Assembly (NCBI GenBank): GCA_022627495.1
Contig: JAKEGJ010000029.1
Coordinates: 42,408 to 106,407, forward strand
Reading direction: 5' to 3'
Origin: Candidatus Micrarchaeota archaeon
GTDB taxonomy: Archaea; Micrarchaeota; Micrarchaeia; Anstonellales; Bilamarchaeaceae
DNA length: 64,000 bases
Shown: one piece after another, positions 56,188 to 64,000 of the stretch
How the letters are laid out: each line of letters starts with the position of its first letter
Position numbering within the stretch: position 1 is the stretch's first letter
Program-made: the position numbers and the translations under genes
The notes under the pieces: model-generated
The model's database searches: none
The model's input: the letters and a program-made list of their open reading frames with translations, nothing else
Told to the model about the DNA's origin: nothing

Positions 56188-58749
56188 ATGGCTGAACTGA
56201 GCACGAAAATCAAGAGAAAAGTCTACAACTTCGAGCTTCGGAAGAAGTACCAGTACATCAGCCATTACAAGGTAAAGGTGCGGCCCCCCATCGAGCGCAT
56301 CAAGGATATGATAAAAGCGATGACGGCCCCCAAGAAGCAGGAGAAGAAGGCGCCATCGGTCATAAGCGAGCCGCCCCGCGGCGGATTCAACTTCATGGTT
56401 TTCGGCGCCTTCATCCTGATCGCGCTCATCATCCTGGGGATGGCCTGGCTCTACCTTTCGTCGCTCCTGGCGCCGGTGGCCGGAGGCTTCCAGCCGCAGG
56501 TCGAAAAGGCCATGATTAGCAATACGCTGGAAGAAGGCGACATCCTGACCACGGGCTCGCGAGGCAGCACGTCCTACACGGCGGCCATCCTTGTAAATTA
56601 CGACGCGCGGAACATCAAGAATTACACCATCAACCTGACTACCTACGACAACAAGCTGCCGTCCGAAGTGTTCATCCTCAACAGCGAACGGTTCGAGGCG
56701 ACCACATACCCGGATTTCATATCCGCCCTCCGCCAGGACCTGGCAAAACGGCAGATCATACTGAATGAGATAACCCTGAAGCAGCTCGAAACCATCCCCG
56801 AAGGCGCGCTCGTCATAGTCCCCTCGGGCGCCATCCCGAAGGAAATCCTCGGCGTCGACAGCCCCCTGACCATGCAGAAGCTCGCCGAACGCGGGGTTGT
56901 CGTAGTGTACATCGGCCAGCCTCTTTCCAAGATGCTTAACGGCACGCTCGTGGCATTCACGCCTGCCGAAGTCCTCTCGACGCTTCCGGTGAAATTCGAC
57001 GAGAATGCGCCGCTCGGCTCGACCGGGGGCTTCCACCTCTACCAGCCGCTCTACCAGGCGAATCCCGCAGGCGGTTTCAGCGGGACCGTCGTTTACGGCT
57101 CCGTGAGCATCATCCGGCGCGGCGACGGGGCGTTCATCTTCATACCCCAGACGCTTGACGGCGGCTGGAGGGGCAACTCCACCGCCGCGGCCGAGGACAT
57201 CTCCCGCATAGTCTTCGAAGTCCCGTGGGCCGAGCCAAGCTCGGAGAACAAGACATACGTTTTCACCAACCAGACGGAATACGCCGGAAGGCAGTACCTC
57301 TTCTCGGAGCCGTTCAAGGCGACGAAGACCACGGTCAAGGCCGATTTCCTCGGGTACTCGTCCGTCTCCGAAAACCCGGTCCGCGAGACGCTGTACATCC
57401 GGCTCGACAAGCAGAGGAACAACTCGCTCTTCATCGAAGAGGGCGGGAAGGTTGTTTCGGCGAACATCACTAACCTTCCCGTGCGCATGAACGCACAGCT
57501 CCGCGAGAACGTGGCCGCGCAGCCGAACATGTACCTTGTTGTGCTCAACAACAACGGCACCGAGATACAGACGTTCCCGCAGGGGAACGTGAACGTGCAG
57601 GCCGACGCCTCTTTCGACGTCCTCATTTACCTGGACCGGGGCGAATACCTGGTCCGCCTCGTTGACGACGAGAGCAACGTATATGCGGAGACCTACATGA
57701 AGGTCGTTTCCATAGACATCGACTACCTCGGCAACGACCCGCAGAAGAAGTCAATATACCGCTTCAGCATCACGATGGACGGCGCCCCGAAAATCCTGAA
57801 CGAGATAGGCGTCAAAGTCGACGGCGGCCAGTATGGCAGCTACACGTTCAACAATGTGGACTATCTTCGCGTGGACCTGAGCCAATATACCGGGAGCGAG
57901 CAGCTCCCCCTCGGCAAGCACAGCTTCGATTTCACTGCGGGCGGCCTGAAGGTGTCCGTTCCCGTGACGCATGCCAGGGCGAGGACGCTCTTCGACGAGC
58001 CCATCTTCTGGGTGACGATGCTGCTCACGGGCGGCATCGTCGGCGTGGGCATCCTCTTCGCAAGGCAGGAGGCGGTTTACTTCTCAATAGACATCCCCGA
58101 CTTCCCCCCGGTGACCCGCACCAAGATCCCCCTCTCATCCGACGCGGTCCTCGGCATCTTCGAGAAGGTGAACGAGAACTACCGCTGGCAGACGACGCCG
58201 CTCACGACCGGCGAGGTCAAAAACGGGTTCAAGGACATATTCGTCCAGGGCAAGCCGATTTACATAACCGACTACAACGTCGAATACCTCCTTGACGAGC
58301 TGGAGAAAAAGGGCATGGTCCGCGAATCGCTCGGCTACTACGGCCTTACATCCTGGGAGGAGAAGAGCGGGCACACCGTGACCTACCTCTCCCTCATGCG
58401 CCGCCTGCGCGACATCTGCGTCAACAACGCCATCCCATTCACCGGGCTCGGCGAATCCGAGGAAGCCGACAGCGAGATTACCGTGGTCGGCCAGCAGATG
58501 TCCCTCCACTTCTACCGCAAAGGGATGGATGCGAAGGTTCTGCTTGCGCGGGTGATTCCCACGATAGGCCGGGGGATAGCGATTATCCTCTTCAGGAACA
58601 ACTCGGACAAGGAGCAGTTCCAGACCATAATCAACTCGTCGCCCTCGATAGGGCCGCTAATCGTGAAGATGGAGTCCGACAGCTCGTCGCTGCTTCTTAG
58701 CACCGTAGATGAACTTGAGAAGATGCTAGTCGAATTCAAGAGCATGTGA
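56188..58749 (+). CDS. Large membrane protein with extracellular domain between two TM helices
   Basis: TM near the N-terminus, a long sequon-rich region, a second TM and a cytoplasmic tail. Confidence 0.72.
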   Translation: MAELSTKIKRKVYNFELRKKYQYISHYKVKVRPPIERIKDMIKAMTAPKKQEKKAPSVISEPPRGGFNFMVFGAFILIALIILGMAWLYLSSLLAPVAGGFQPQVEKAMISNTLEEGDILTTGSRGSTSYTAAILVNYDARNIKNYTINLTTYDNKLPSEVFILNSERFEATTYPDFISALRQDLAKRQIILNEITLKQLETIPEGALVIVPSGAIPKEILGVDSPLTMQKLAERGVVVVYIGQPLSKMLNGTLVAFTPAEVLSTLPVKFDENAPLGSTGGFHLYQPLYQANPAGGFSGTVVYGSVSIIRRGDGAFIFIPQTLDGGWRGNSTAAAEDISRIVFEVPWAEPSSENKTYVFTNQTEYAGRQYLFSEPFKATKTTVKADFLGYSSVSENPVRETLYIRLDKQRNNSLFIEEGGKVVSANITNLPVRMNAQLRENVAAQPNMYLVVLNNNGTEIQTFPQGNVNVQADASFDVLIYLDRGEYLVRLVDDESNVYAETYMKVVSIDIDYLGNDPQKKSIYRFSITMDGAPKILNEIGVKVDGGQYGSYTFNNVDYLRVDLSQYTGSEQLPLGKHSFDFTAGGLKVSVPVTHARARTLFDEPIFWVTMLLTGGIVGVGILFARQEAVYFSIDIPDFPPVTRTKIPLSSDAVLGIFEKVNENYRWQTTPLTTGEVKNGFKDIFVQGKPIYITDYNVEYLLDELEKKGMVRESLGYYGLTSWEEKSGHTVTYLSLMRRLRDICVNNAIPFTGLGESEEADSEITVVGQQMSLHFYRKGMDAKVLLARVIPTIGRGIAIILFRNNSDKEQFQTIINSSPSIGPLIVKMESDSSSLLLSTVDELEKMLVEFKSM

Positions 58750-58875
58750 CCTTGGCCAACCTCAAGTGGGTACGAAACTAGGGCACGCAAGTCGAATCTG
58801 GGCGGCCCTGCCCAAAAAAACTTTTCCAGGCGGGGCTCTCCCTTCCCGATCCCCGGCAATCCGGGGAAAATCAGC

Positions 58876-59556
58876 CTATTTGTGGTTTTTTTCGAACAGT
58901 TCGTTCATCTTCTTGTCATCGATGAATTCCAGAAGCCTGTTGCAGCGCTCGCACCTGAATTCGATGTTGGCCGCGGATTCGAAATTGGTTATGCTCGAAG
59001 CCCCGCACGTGGGGCAGAAATAGAATTCCTGGCCGCTTTCGTTGCTTATCGCCCCGGGCCTTGCAGTGTGGCTTGTCGCCCATTTCTCCATCCTCGACTG
59101 GTTCAGGGACCAGCTGTACGAATACCATCCGGTCTCGCTGTCCTTTTCGCGGATGTAGTTGACGAGCCCTTCGTTGTGTAGCTTGTTGAGCGTGGCCCGG
59201 ACGTCTGAAATCTTGATCTTGAGCCTTTTTGCGAGCTCTTCGTCGCTATGGTTGCCGTAGAAGTTCCTGACGATGGCAAGGGCGTTCTCACCCCCGATTT
59301 CGATCAGGTCCTGCCTGACGTTGGAATCGCCGAGTATCTTGCCGACCTGGCGCATGAATTCGTGGTTCTGTGCAGTGGGTTTTGCGGAGGGCTCCTCCGG
59401 CCTCTTCAGGGGCTTCTTCTGCTGCATCGCGGCGTTCTTGGAGGCCTTTGCGGCCTTGCCCCTGCCAGCCGCTGCATTGGCCGCTTTAAGGGGCTTATTC
59501 GCTTTCTTTACGGCCTTGCTGGCCTTCCTGGGACTATTGGATTTAGGTTTAGACAT
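58876..59556 (-). CDS. tfe: Transcription factor E (TFE alpha)
   Basis: SDEELA..L.....DVRATLNKL...GLV, ETGWYSYSW, FYFCPTC and FRCERC. Lys/Ala-rich N-terminal extension. Confidence 0.92.
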   Translation of the reverse strand: MSKPKSNSPRKASKAVKKANKPLKAANAAAGRGKAAKASKNAAMQQKKPLKRPEEPSAKPTAQNHEFMRQVGKILGDSNVRQDLIEIGGENALAIVRNFYGNHSDEELAKRLKIKISDVRATLNKLHNEGLVNYIREKDSETGWYSYSWSLNQSRMEKWATSHTARPGAISNESGQEFYFCPTCGASSITNFESAANIEFRCERCNRLLEFIDDKKMNELFEKNHK

Positions 59557-59611
59557 TCTGACCGCCACAAGCATCACCCACAACAATCCTGTTATTGCTC
59601 AATTTTAGTAT

Positions 59612-60070
59612 TTAAATGTTTCTATCCAGCCTCTCTGCTATCCTCTGTCCGCATATGACCATCTTTTTGAGCTCCTCGCGCACCTGCGGCCGGATTTGCA
59701 TGGAATCAATCTGCCGCAGGCGGTTCTGGTAGCGGCGGTACGCCTTGATTGCGGCCGCGTATGAGTCGCGGGCGTGCACGTCATAAATCTGGGCGCCTAT
59801 CAGCCTTTTTTCGAGTTTGGTCATGCTTTGCGCTGGGGCATGCACGCGGACATTGAGGCGCGCAGCCACTTTCTGCACGAAATGCGAAGGCGGGCTTGTG
59901 TCGGAAGCCACCAGGACGGGCACCCCGACGGCGGATACCAGCCTTACCAGGCGCTCGTCGCTAGCCTCCTTCTCGCACCCGCTCGCCACCAGCCTCCCTT
60001 CCAGGTCGAGTATCGCATAGCCCGTCTTTATCCCCGGGTCGATGCCGACTATTACGTAAATCAGCCGCAC
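59612..60070 (-). CDS. DUF460-like RNase H-fold protein
   Basis: IVGIDPGIKTGYAILDLEG, VASD..P and HARDSYAAA motifs. Confidence 0.85.
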   Translation of the reverse strand: MRLIYVIVGIDPGIKTGYAILDLEGRLVASGCEKEASDERLVRLVSAVGVPVLVASDTSPPSHFVQKVAARLNVRVHAPAQSMTKLEKRLIGAQIYDVHARDSYAAAIKAYRRYQNRLRQIDSMQIRPQVREELKKMVICGQRIAERLDRNI

Positions 60071-61233
60071 CCCCTCTGGCGCCTGAGGAGGCCCTCGTAT
60101 ATTGCGAGCGTTTCCCCGGCGCTACGCTGGATTGAGTATCTTTTCGCAGTCTTCCTTCCTTCCGCGGCCATCCTCCCCCGAAGCTCAGGTTGGTCAAGAA
60201 GGCGCTCCATCGCCTTGGCAAAAGCCGCCGTGTCTCCCGGCTCCACAAGGATTCCGTCCAACTTGTCCGTGACTACCTCCTTCGCCCCCAGCCTGCGGAC
60301 GCCAACGGCGGGGAGGCCGATGTGCATCGCTTCCACGAAAGTTAGGCCGAAGGTTTCGCTGTCGGATGCCGAGGCGAAGACCTGCGCAGACTTGTACGCC
60401 ACGGCGGGGTGCTTGACGCGCCCTGTGAAAACCACGTTCCTTATGCCAATCGACCTTGCGAACTCGCGGAAGTTCTTTTGGTACGGGCCAAGGCCCGCAA
60501 CGATAAGGAATTTGTCGTCATCCTCTATCATCCGGAACGCCTCAAGCAGCCTATCAACCCTCTTTTCGAAGCTGAGCCGGCCCAGGTATATCACGGTCTT
60601 CTTCCCGCGGGGTATCCCGTGCGCCTTCCGGAAAGCCGCGACGTCCCTGGCGCTGCACCGGAGCTTCCCAAGGTCTATCCCGTTGGGCAGGTATTCGACC
60701 TTCCGGAGGCCGTAAGAGCGAAGTTCCTTCACGAGTTCATGCGTCGGCGCGGTCACGATATCCGCCATCCCGAATAAGTGCCGGACGAACCCCTTGGCCG
60801 TGTGCTTGCCCCAATCATTCAGCACACCCGGAAGCCTGCCGCTTAGGAGGTGGGGGACGTAATCCGGGTAATGCGTGTGGTACGTGGCGACGACCGGGAT
60901 GCCCCTCCCCTTCCCGGCCATCATCCCCTGGAGGCCCAGGTTTATCGGGGCGTGCGCATGGATGATGTCGAAATCCTCCCGCTCTATCAGCTTGGCTATC
61001 CTGGGAAAATTCATCGAGGCTATCCGGTAGCCCTCATAGAACGGGAAAGGCCGCGAGGGCACCCAGCATATCCTGAAATTGGCCGAAACGCGCTCAATCC
61101 GGAAACGCCCCTCCCCCGGTGCGAACAGGACGATTTCGTGTTCCCTGGAAAGAACGCCTATCACGTCGCAAAGGAATGCCACGACGCCGTTCGTCTGCGG
61201 CAAATAGGTGTCCGTGAACAGGGCAATCTTCAT
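60061..61233 (-). CDS. Glycosyltransferase family 4
   Basis: MKIALFTDTYLPQTNGV, TYHT, GRLSFEKR and ETFGLTFVEAM motifs. Confidence 0.93.
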   Translation of the reverse strand: MKIALFTDTYLPQTNGVVAFLCDVIGVLSREHEIVLFAPGEGRFRIERVSANFRICWVPSRPFPFYEGYRIASMNFPRIAKLIEREDFDIIHAHAPINLGLQGMMAGKGRGIPVVATYHTHYPDYVPHLLSGRLPGVLNDWGKHTAKGFVRHLFGMADIVTAPTHELVKELRSYGLRKVEYLPNGIDLGKLRCSARDVAAFRKAHGIPRGKKTVIYLGRLSFEKRVDRLLEAFRMIEDDDKFLIVAGLGPYQKNFREFARSIGIRNVVFTGRVKHPAVAYKSAQVFASASDSETFGLTFVEAMHIGLPAVGVRRLGAKEVVTDKLDGILVEPGDTAAFAKAMERLLDQPELRGRMAAEGRKTAKRYSIQRSAGETLAIYEGLLRRQRGCG

Positions 61234-61376
61234 CCGTATCCCGGATTAGACTGCCACCTGATTCTTATTAAGGCTTGCCCAAAAACGGGGCGTAAAGGAA
61301 AAAATAAAAACGGGCGGGCAGCGGCTTTTGGGAATCTAATTCGTGGAGTTTGCCGCCGCGCTCCCGTTTCGGAAGC

Positions 61377-62633
61377 TCATTGCGCGCTCTCGTTGTATTT
61401 TTCCACGTACTCTAGCAGTCCCTGTATGTCGACTTCGTCGGTTTCGCTGCCGGTGGTGCTGGCGCTCTGGTTAGTCGCAGAGCCTCCCGCCTCATTTCCG
61501 TCAGGCGCATCAGAGGAACCGCCGTCCTGCTGTGCCCTGGGGGCTGCCGCCTCCTCGCAGAACGCCAGCTTCGACGAGTTCTGCAGCTGCGAGCAATACG
61601 AAGCGTTCTTATACGCCCCGGCGAGCTCGATGAAGCAGTCGTCCTTGTAATACATTGACGCGATAGCCGCGCATATCGCCGTGTCTTTGGTGAGCGGGAC
61701 CAGGGCCACGAGGCAACGGTCCCTCCTCCCGCCTGCCAGATCGCACAGGTCCCTGCGCTTCAGGTTCAGGGCGGCATCCGCCACGCATTTGTCGCGCTCG
61801 TCGCCCCTCATGCCGGTGTGGCAGGTGGCGAGCTTGACCTGCTGCTCCCTTTCGTTCCTGAAGGCGCCCATGGCATTTCCCCCCAATTCCGGAAGCGGAG
61901 GGATGGATGGCGCGCCCTCCCGGAACAAAGCGACTGTCGTCACCTTCTCATGGGTCAGGTTCCCTTCCTCGTACCTGAGCGTCGTCTCGTATGCCAGGCC
62001 TTTGCCGGGTTCGATGCATCGCGTGAGGTCGTACACCTTGGGGGATTGGGCCCCGATGCCAAAGAGCGCGGCATCCGACACCGTCGCGTTTGAATAGTCT
62101 ATCACATATGTTACCTCGCTGCAGTCGGCGCCTCCGACGCTCTTATCCGATATCTCCGCCTCTGCATGCAGGTATCCCTTGCCAATCAGCTCTTCCATCG
62201 AGCTTTCAGCTTTCAGGATATTCGTGTTGTTGAAGAATTTCGACTGCGAGAATGCGATGTAATTCTGCATCTCGCTGTTGTTCTGCACCGACACGCAGGA
62301 CTCGTTTACCGGGTATCTTATGCAGAATACGGTGTCGTTTGCGCCCATGTATATCCTTTTTATGGACAGGGGATTCGTTATCTCGATATACCTTTCCCCG
62401 CCTGCCGCCATCAGCAGGTAGGCCGTCTTGTATCCGTCTGAGACCTCGTTGTATGCATACGTGTAGTTGTCGAGGTTTTTCCCAAAGCCCGCGCCCTTCA
62501 TGAGAAGCATCTCGGCTTCCGTGCTGTTGGCCGGGGGTGTAGCCGCGGGCATCGTGAAAACCACGTAAAGCGCTACGGCCACAAGAATCGCGCTGACCAA
62601 TAAAAGCTTGTGCTGGTACTCCATGTCTGACAC
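61377..62633 (-). CDS. Membrane-anchored protein with C-terminal Cys repeats
   Basis: N-terminal TM helix and repeated (R/K)DxC...A...K...C units. Confidence 0.7.
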   Translation of the reverse strand: MSDMEYQHKLLLVSAILVAVALYVVFTMPAATPPANSTEAEMLLMKGAGFGKNLDNYTYAYNEVSDGYKTAYLLMAAGGERYIEITNPLSIKRIYMGANDTVFCIRYPVNESCVSVQNNSEMQNYIAFSQSKFFNNTNILKAESSMEELIGKGYLHAEAEISDKSVGGADCSEVTYVIDYSNATVSDAALFGIGAQSPKVYDLTRCIEPGKGLAYETTLRYEEGNLTHEKVTTVALFREGAPSIPPLPELGGNAMGAFRNEREQQVKLATCHTGMRGDERDKCVADAALNLKRRDLCDLAGGRRDRCLVALVPLTKDTAICAAIASMYYKDDCFIELAGAYKNASYCSQLQNSSKLAFCEEAAAPRAQQDGGSSDAPDGNEAGGSATNQSASTTGSETDEVDIQGLLEYVEKYNESAQ

Positions 62634-62739
62634 CTGTCCTTCTGGAATTCGGGTTTCGGCTATTAATTACTTTCTGTTATTTCCGGTGGGCGTGCAATCC
62701 TGCACGGATTTTTAATACACATCCCACAGTAACCTCTCC

Positions 62740-63288
62740 ATGGATTTCATACCAAAGAAGGTATTTTTCACCAAAGGAGTCGGGCGCGCGACCGAGCAGC
62801 TCACATCCTTCGAGTTCGCCCTGCGCGATGCCGGCATTTCGCCGTTCAACCTCGTGTCCGTTTCAAGCATCCTCGCTCCCAAGGCGGAGATTATCTCCAA
62901 GGCAGAAGGGCTGAAATTCCTTAACAGCGGCCAGGTCGTGTTCACTGTCATGTCGCGCTGCGCGGCGAACGAGCCTAACCGCCTCATCGCGGCTTCGGTC
63001 GGCTGCGCGATTCCCGCGGACCGGGAGATTTACGGCTACCTCAGCGAGCACCATGCGTTCGGCCAGACCGAGGAAAAGGCCGGCGAATACGCCGAGGACC
63101 TGGCGGCTACCATGCTCGCTTCGTCATTGGGCGTCCCGTTCGATTCCAACACCGCATGGGACGAGCGCGAGCAGCAGTTCAAGATGAGCGGCAAGTTCGT
63201 CAAGACAATGAACATCACGCAGTCCGCGGTATGCGACAAGGAAGGGAACTGGACTTCTGTCGTCGCCGCAGCGGTTTTAATATTATAG
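62740..63288 (+). CDS. pdaD: Pyruvoyl-dependent arginine decarboxylase
   Basis: [20 protein letters not shown] (Ser-Ser cleavage site) and YGYLSEHH. Confidence 0.95.
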   Translation: MDFIPKKVFFTKGVGRATEQLTSFEFALRDAGISPFNLVSVSSILAPKAEIISKAEGLKFLNSGQVVFTVMSRCAANEPNRLIAASVGCAIPADREIYGYLSEHHAFGQTEEKAGEYAEDLAATMLASSLGVPFDSNTAWDEREQQFKMSGKFVKTMNITQSAVCDKEGNWTSVVAAAVLIL

Positions 63289-63336
63289 CGTTCAATAGCC
63301 ATAACGCCAAAGGCGTCATTCCATCAAGGTGAAATT

Positions 63337-63771
63337 ATGGGATTCTGGGATTCTGTGCTGGGAAGCGACAAGGGCTCGGAGGCCGAGCCGCAGGCGGACA
63401 AGTCATCCAATCCATTCAACGTTTCGATATCTTTCGCGCCGCTGCGCCTCTCGGCAAAGAACCGGAGCTCGGTCAGCCTGGTCGTGAAGGTGAAGAATGT
63501 CTCCGCATCGCCCCAGATAGTCTCGGTCGATGCGCTTCTTCCGCGCGAAGCGATGATAGGGTTCGACCCCGCATGCATAAACAAGGCCGCAGAGAAGCGC
63601 CTGGGCGAACTGAAGCCCGGCGCGGTCATGGACGTCCCCATCACCATCTGGTCCAGCAACCAGACAAAGGAAGGGAACTACCCGGTCGAAGTCACGGTCT
63701 ATTCTCATTATATCGGGTATGACAAGGTGCTTAGCTACCTGAAGAAGAGCACCTCTCTCCGTGCGGTCTGA
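63337..63771 (+). CDS. Hypothetical Ig-like beta protein
   Basis: RBS GGTGA; beta-rich, LGELKPG pattern. Confidence 0.65.
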   Translation: MGFWDSVLGSDKGSEAEPQADKSSNPFNVSISFAPLRLSAKNRSSVSLVVKVKNVSASPQIVSVDALLPREAMIGFDPACINKAAEKRLGELKPGAVMDVPITIWSSNQTKEGNYPVEVTVYSHYIGYDKVLSYLKKSTSLRAV

Positions 63772-63825
63772 ACCTATAACTTCCCTTTAACATCATTTTT
63801 ATCCTTTTCTATACACATTACTGCC

Positions 63826-64000
63826 ATGTCCGAGGCCCTGATCCGGTTTTTTAAGCGCCGTTATATCAGAAACCACCCGGAAAAAATCCGGGAAAGAATA
63901 ATCGAACGGGCGGAGCGGTATCGTTCTGAGGGCTTGGATAGCAGAATCCCATTCCTCAAGTATGCGATGACCGGGCAGGACGTCCCGATGGGGTCGACAG
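63826..64000 (+). CDS. Hypothetical protein, runs off the right edge of the window
   Basis: Open frame from ATG 63826 (MSEALIRFFKRRYIRNHPEK...) to the window end. Confidence 0.45.
   Translation, partial: MSEALIRFFKRRYIRNHPEKIRERIIERAERYRSEGLDSRIPFLKYAMTGQDVPMGST

Overview
Archaeal chromosome segment. Markers are TFE, Sec61-beta/SecG, PAC2, Fcf1-type PIN, a beta-CASP RNase, pyruvoyl ArgDC and an intron-containing tRNA; gene content and style suggest a DPANN archaeon such as Micrarchaeota (inference). GC-rich flanks (1-18.4 kb and 45.3-64 kb) enclose a visibly AT-richer island of about 26.5 kb (~18.47-45.02 kb), inserted at the 3' end of tRNA-Leu(UAA) next to a tyrosine integrase. The island has an Orc1/Cdc6 gene followed by a 58-aa histone gene missing from the ORF track, and a pilin/VirB6/PrgI-VirB4 transfer module whose ATPase has a C-terminal nuclease-like domain. 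Its defence cargo is HEPN-MNT, HNH plus two MTases, an orphan MTase and GmrSD. The main candidate new system is an operon of a full-length Argonaute with a non-canonical D-E-D-Q tetrad, a UvrD/AddA-type SF1 helicase-PD-(D/E)XK nuclease and a 48-aa ORF, divergent from a CARF-like/wHTH (DUF6293-type) regulator. The left flank has large orphan secreted proteins, two of them paralogues with beta-barrel-like C-termini. The right flank has a second, chromosomal VirB4-like membrane operon. All calls come from manual motif reading; no database searches were run.
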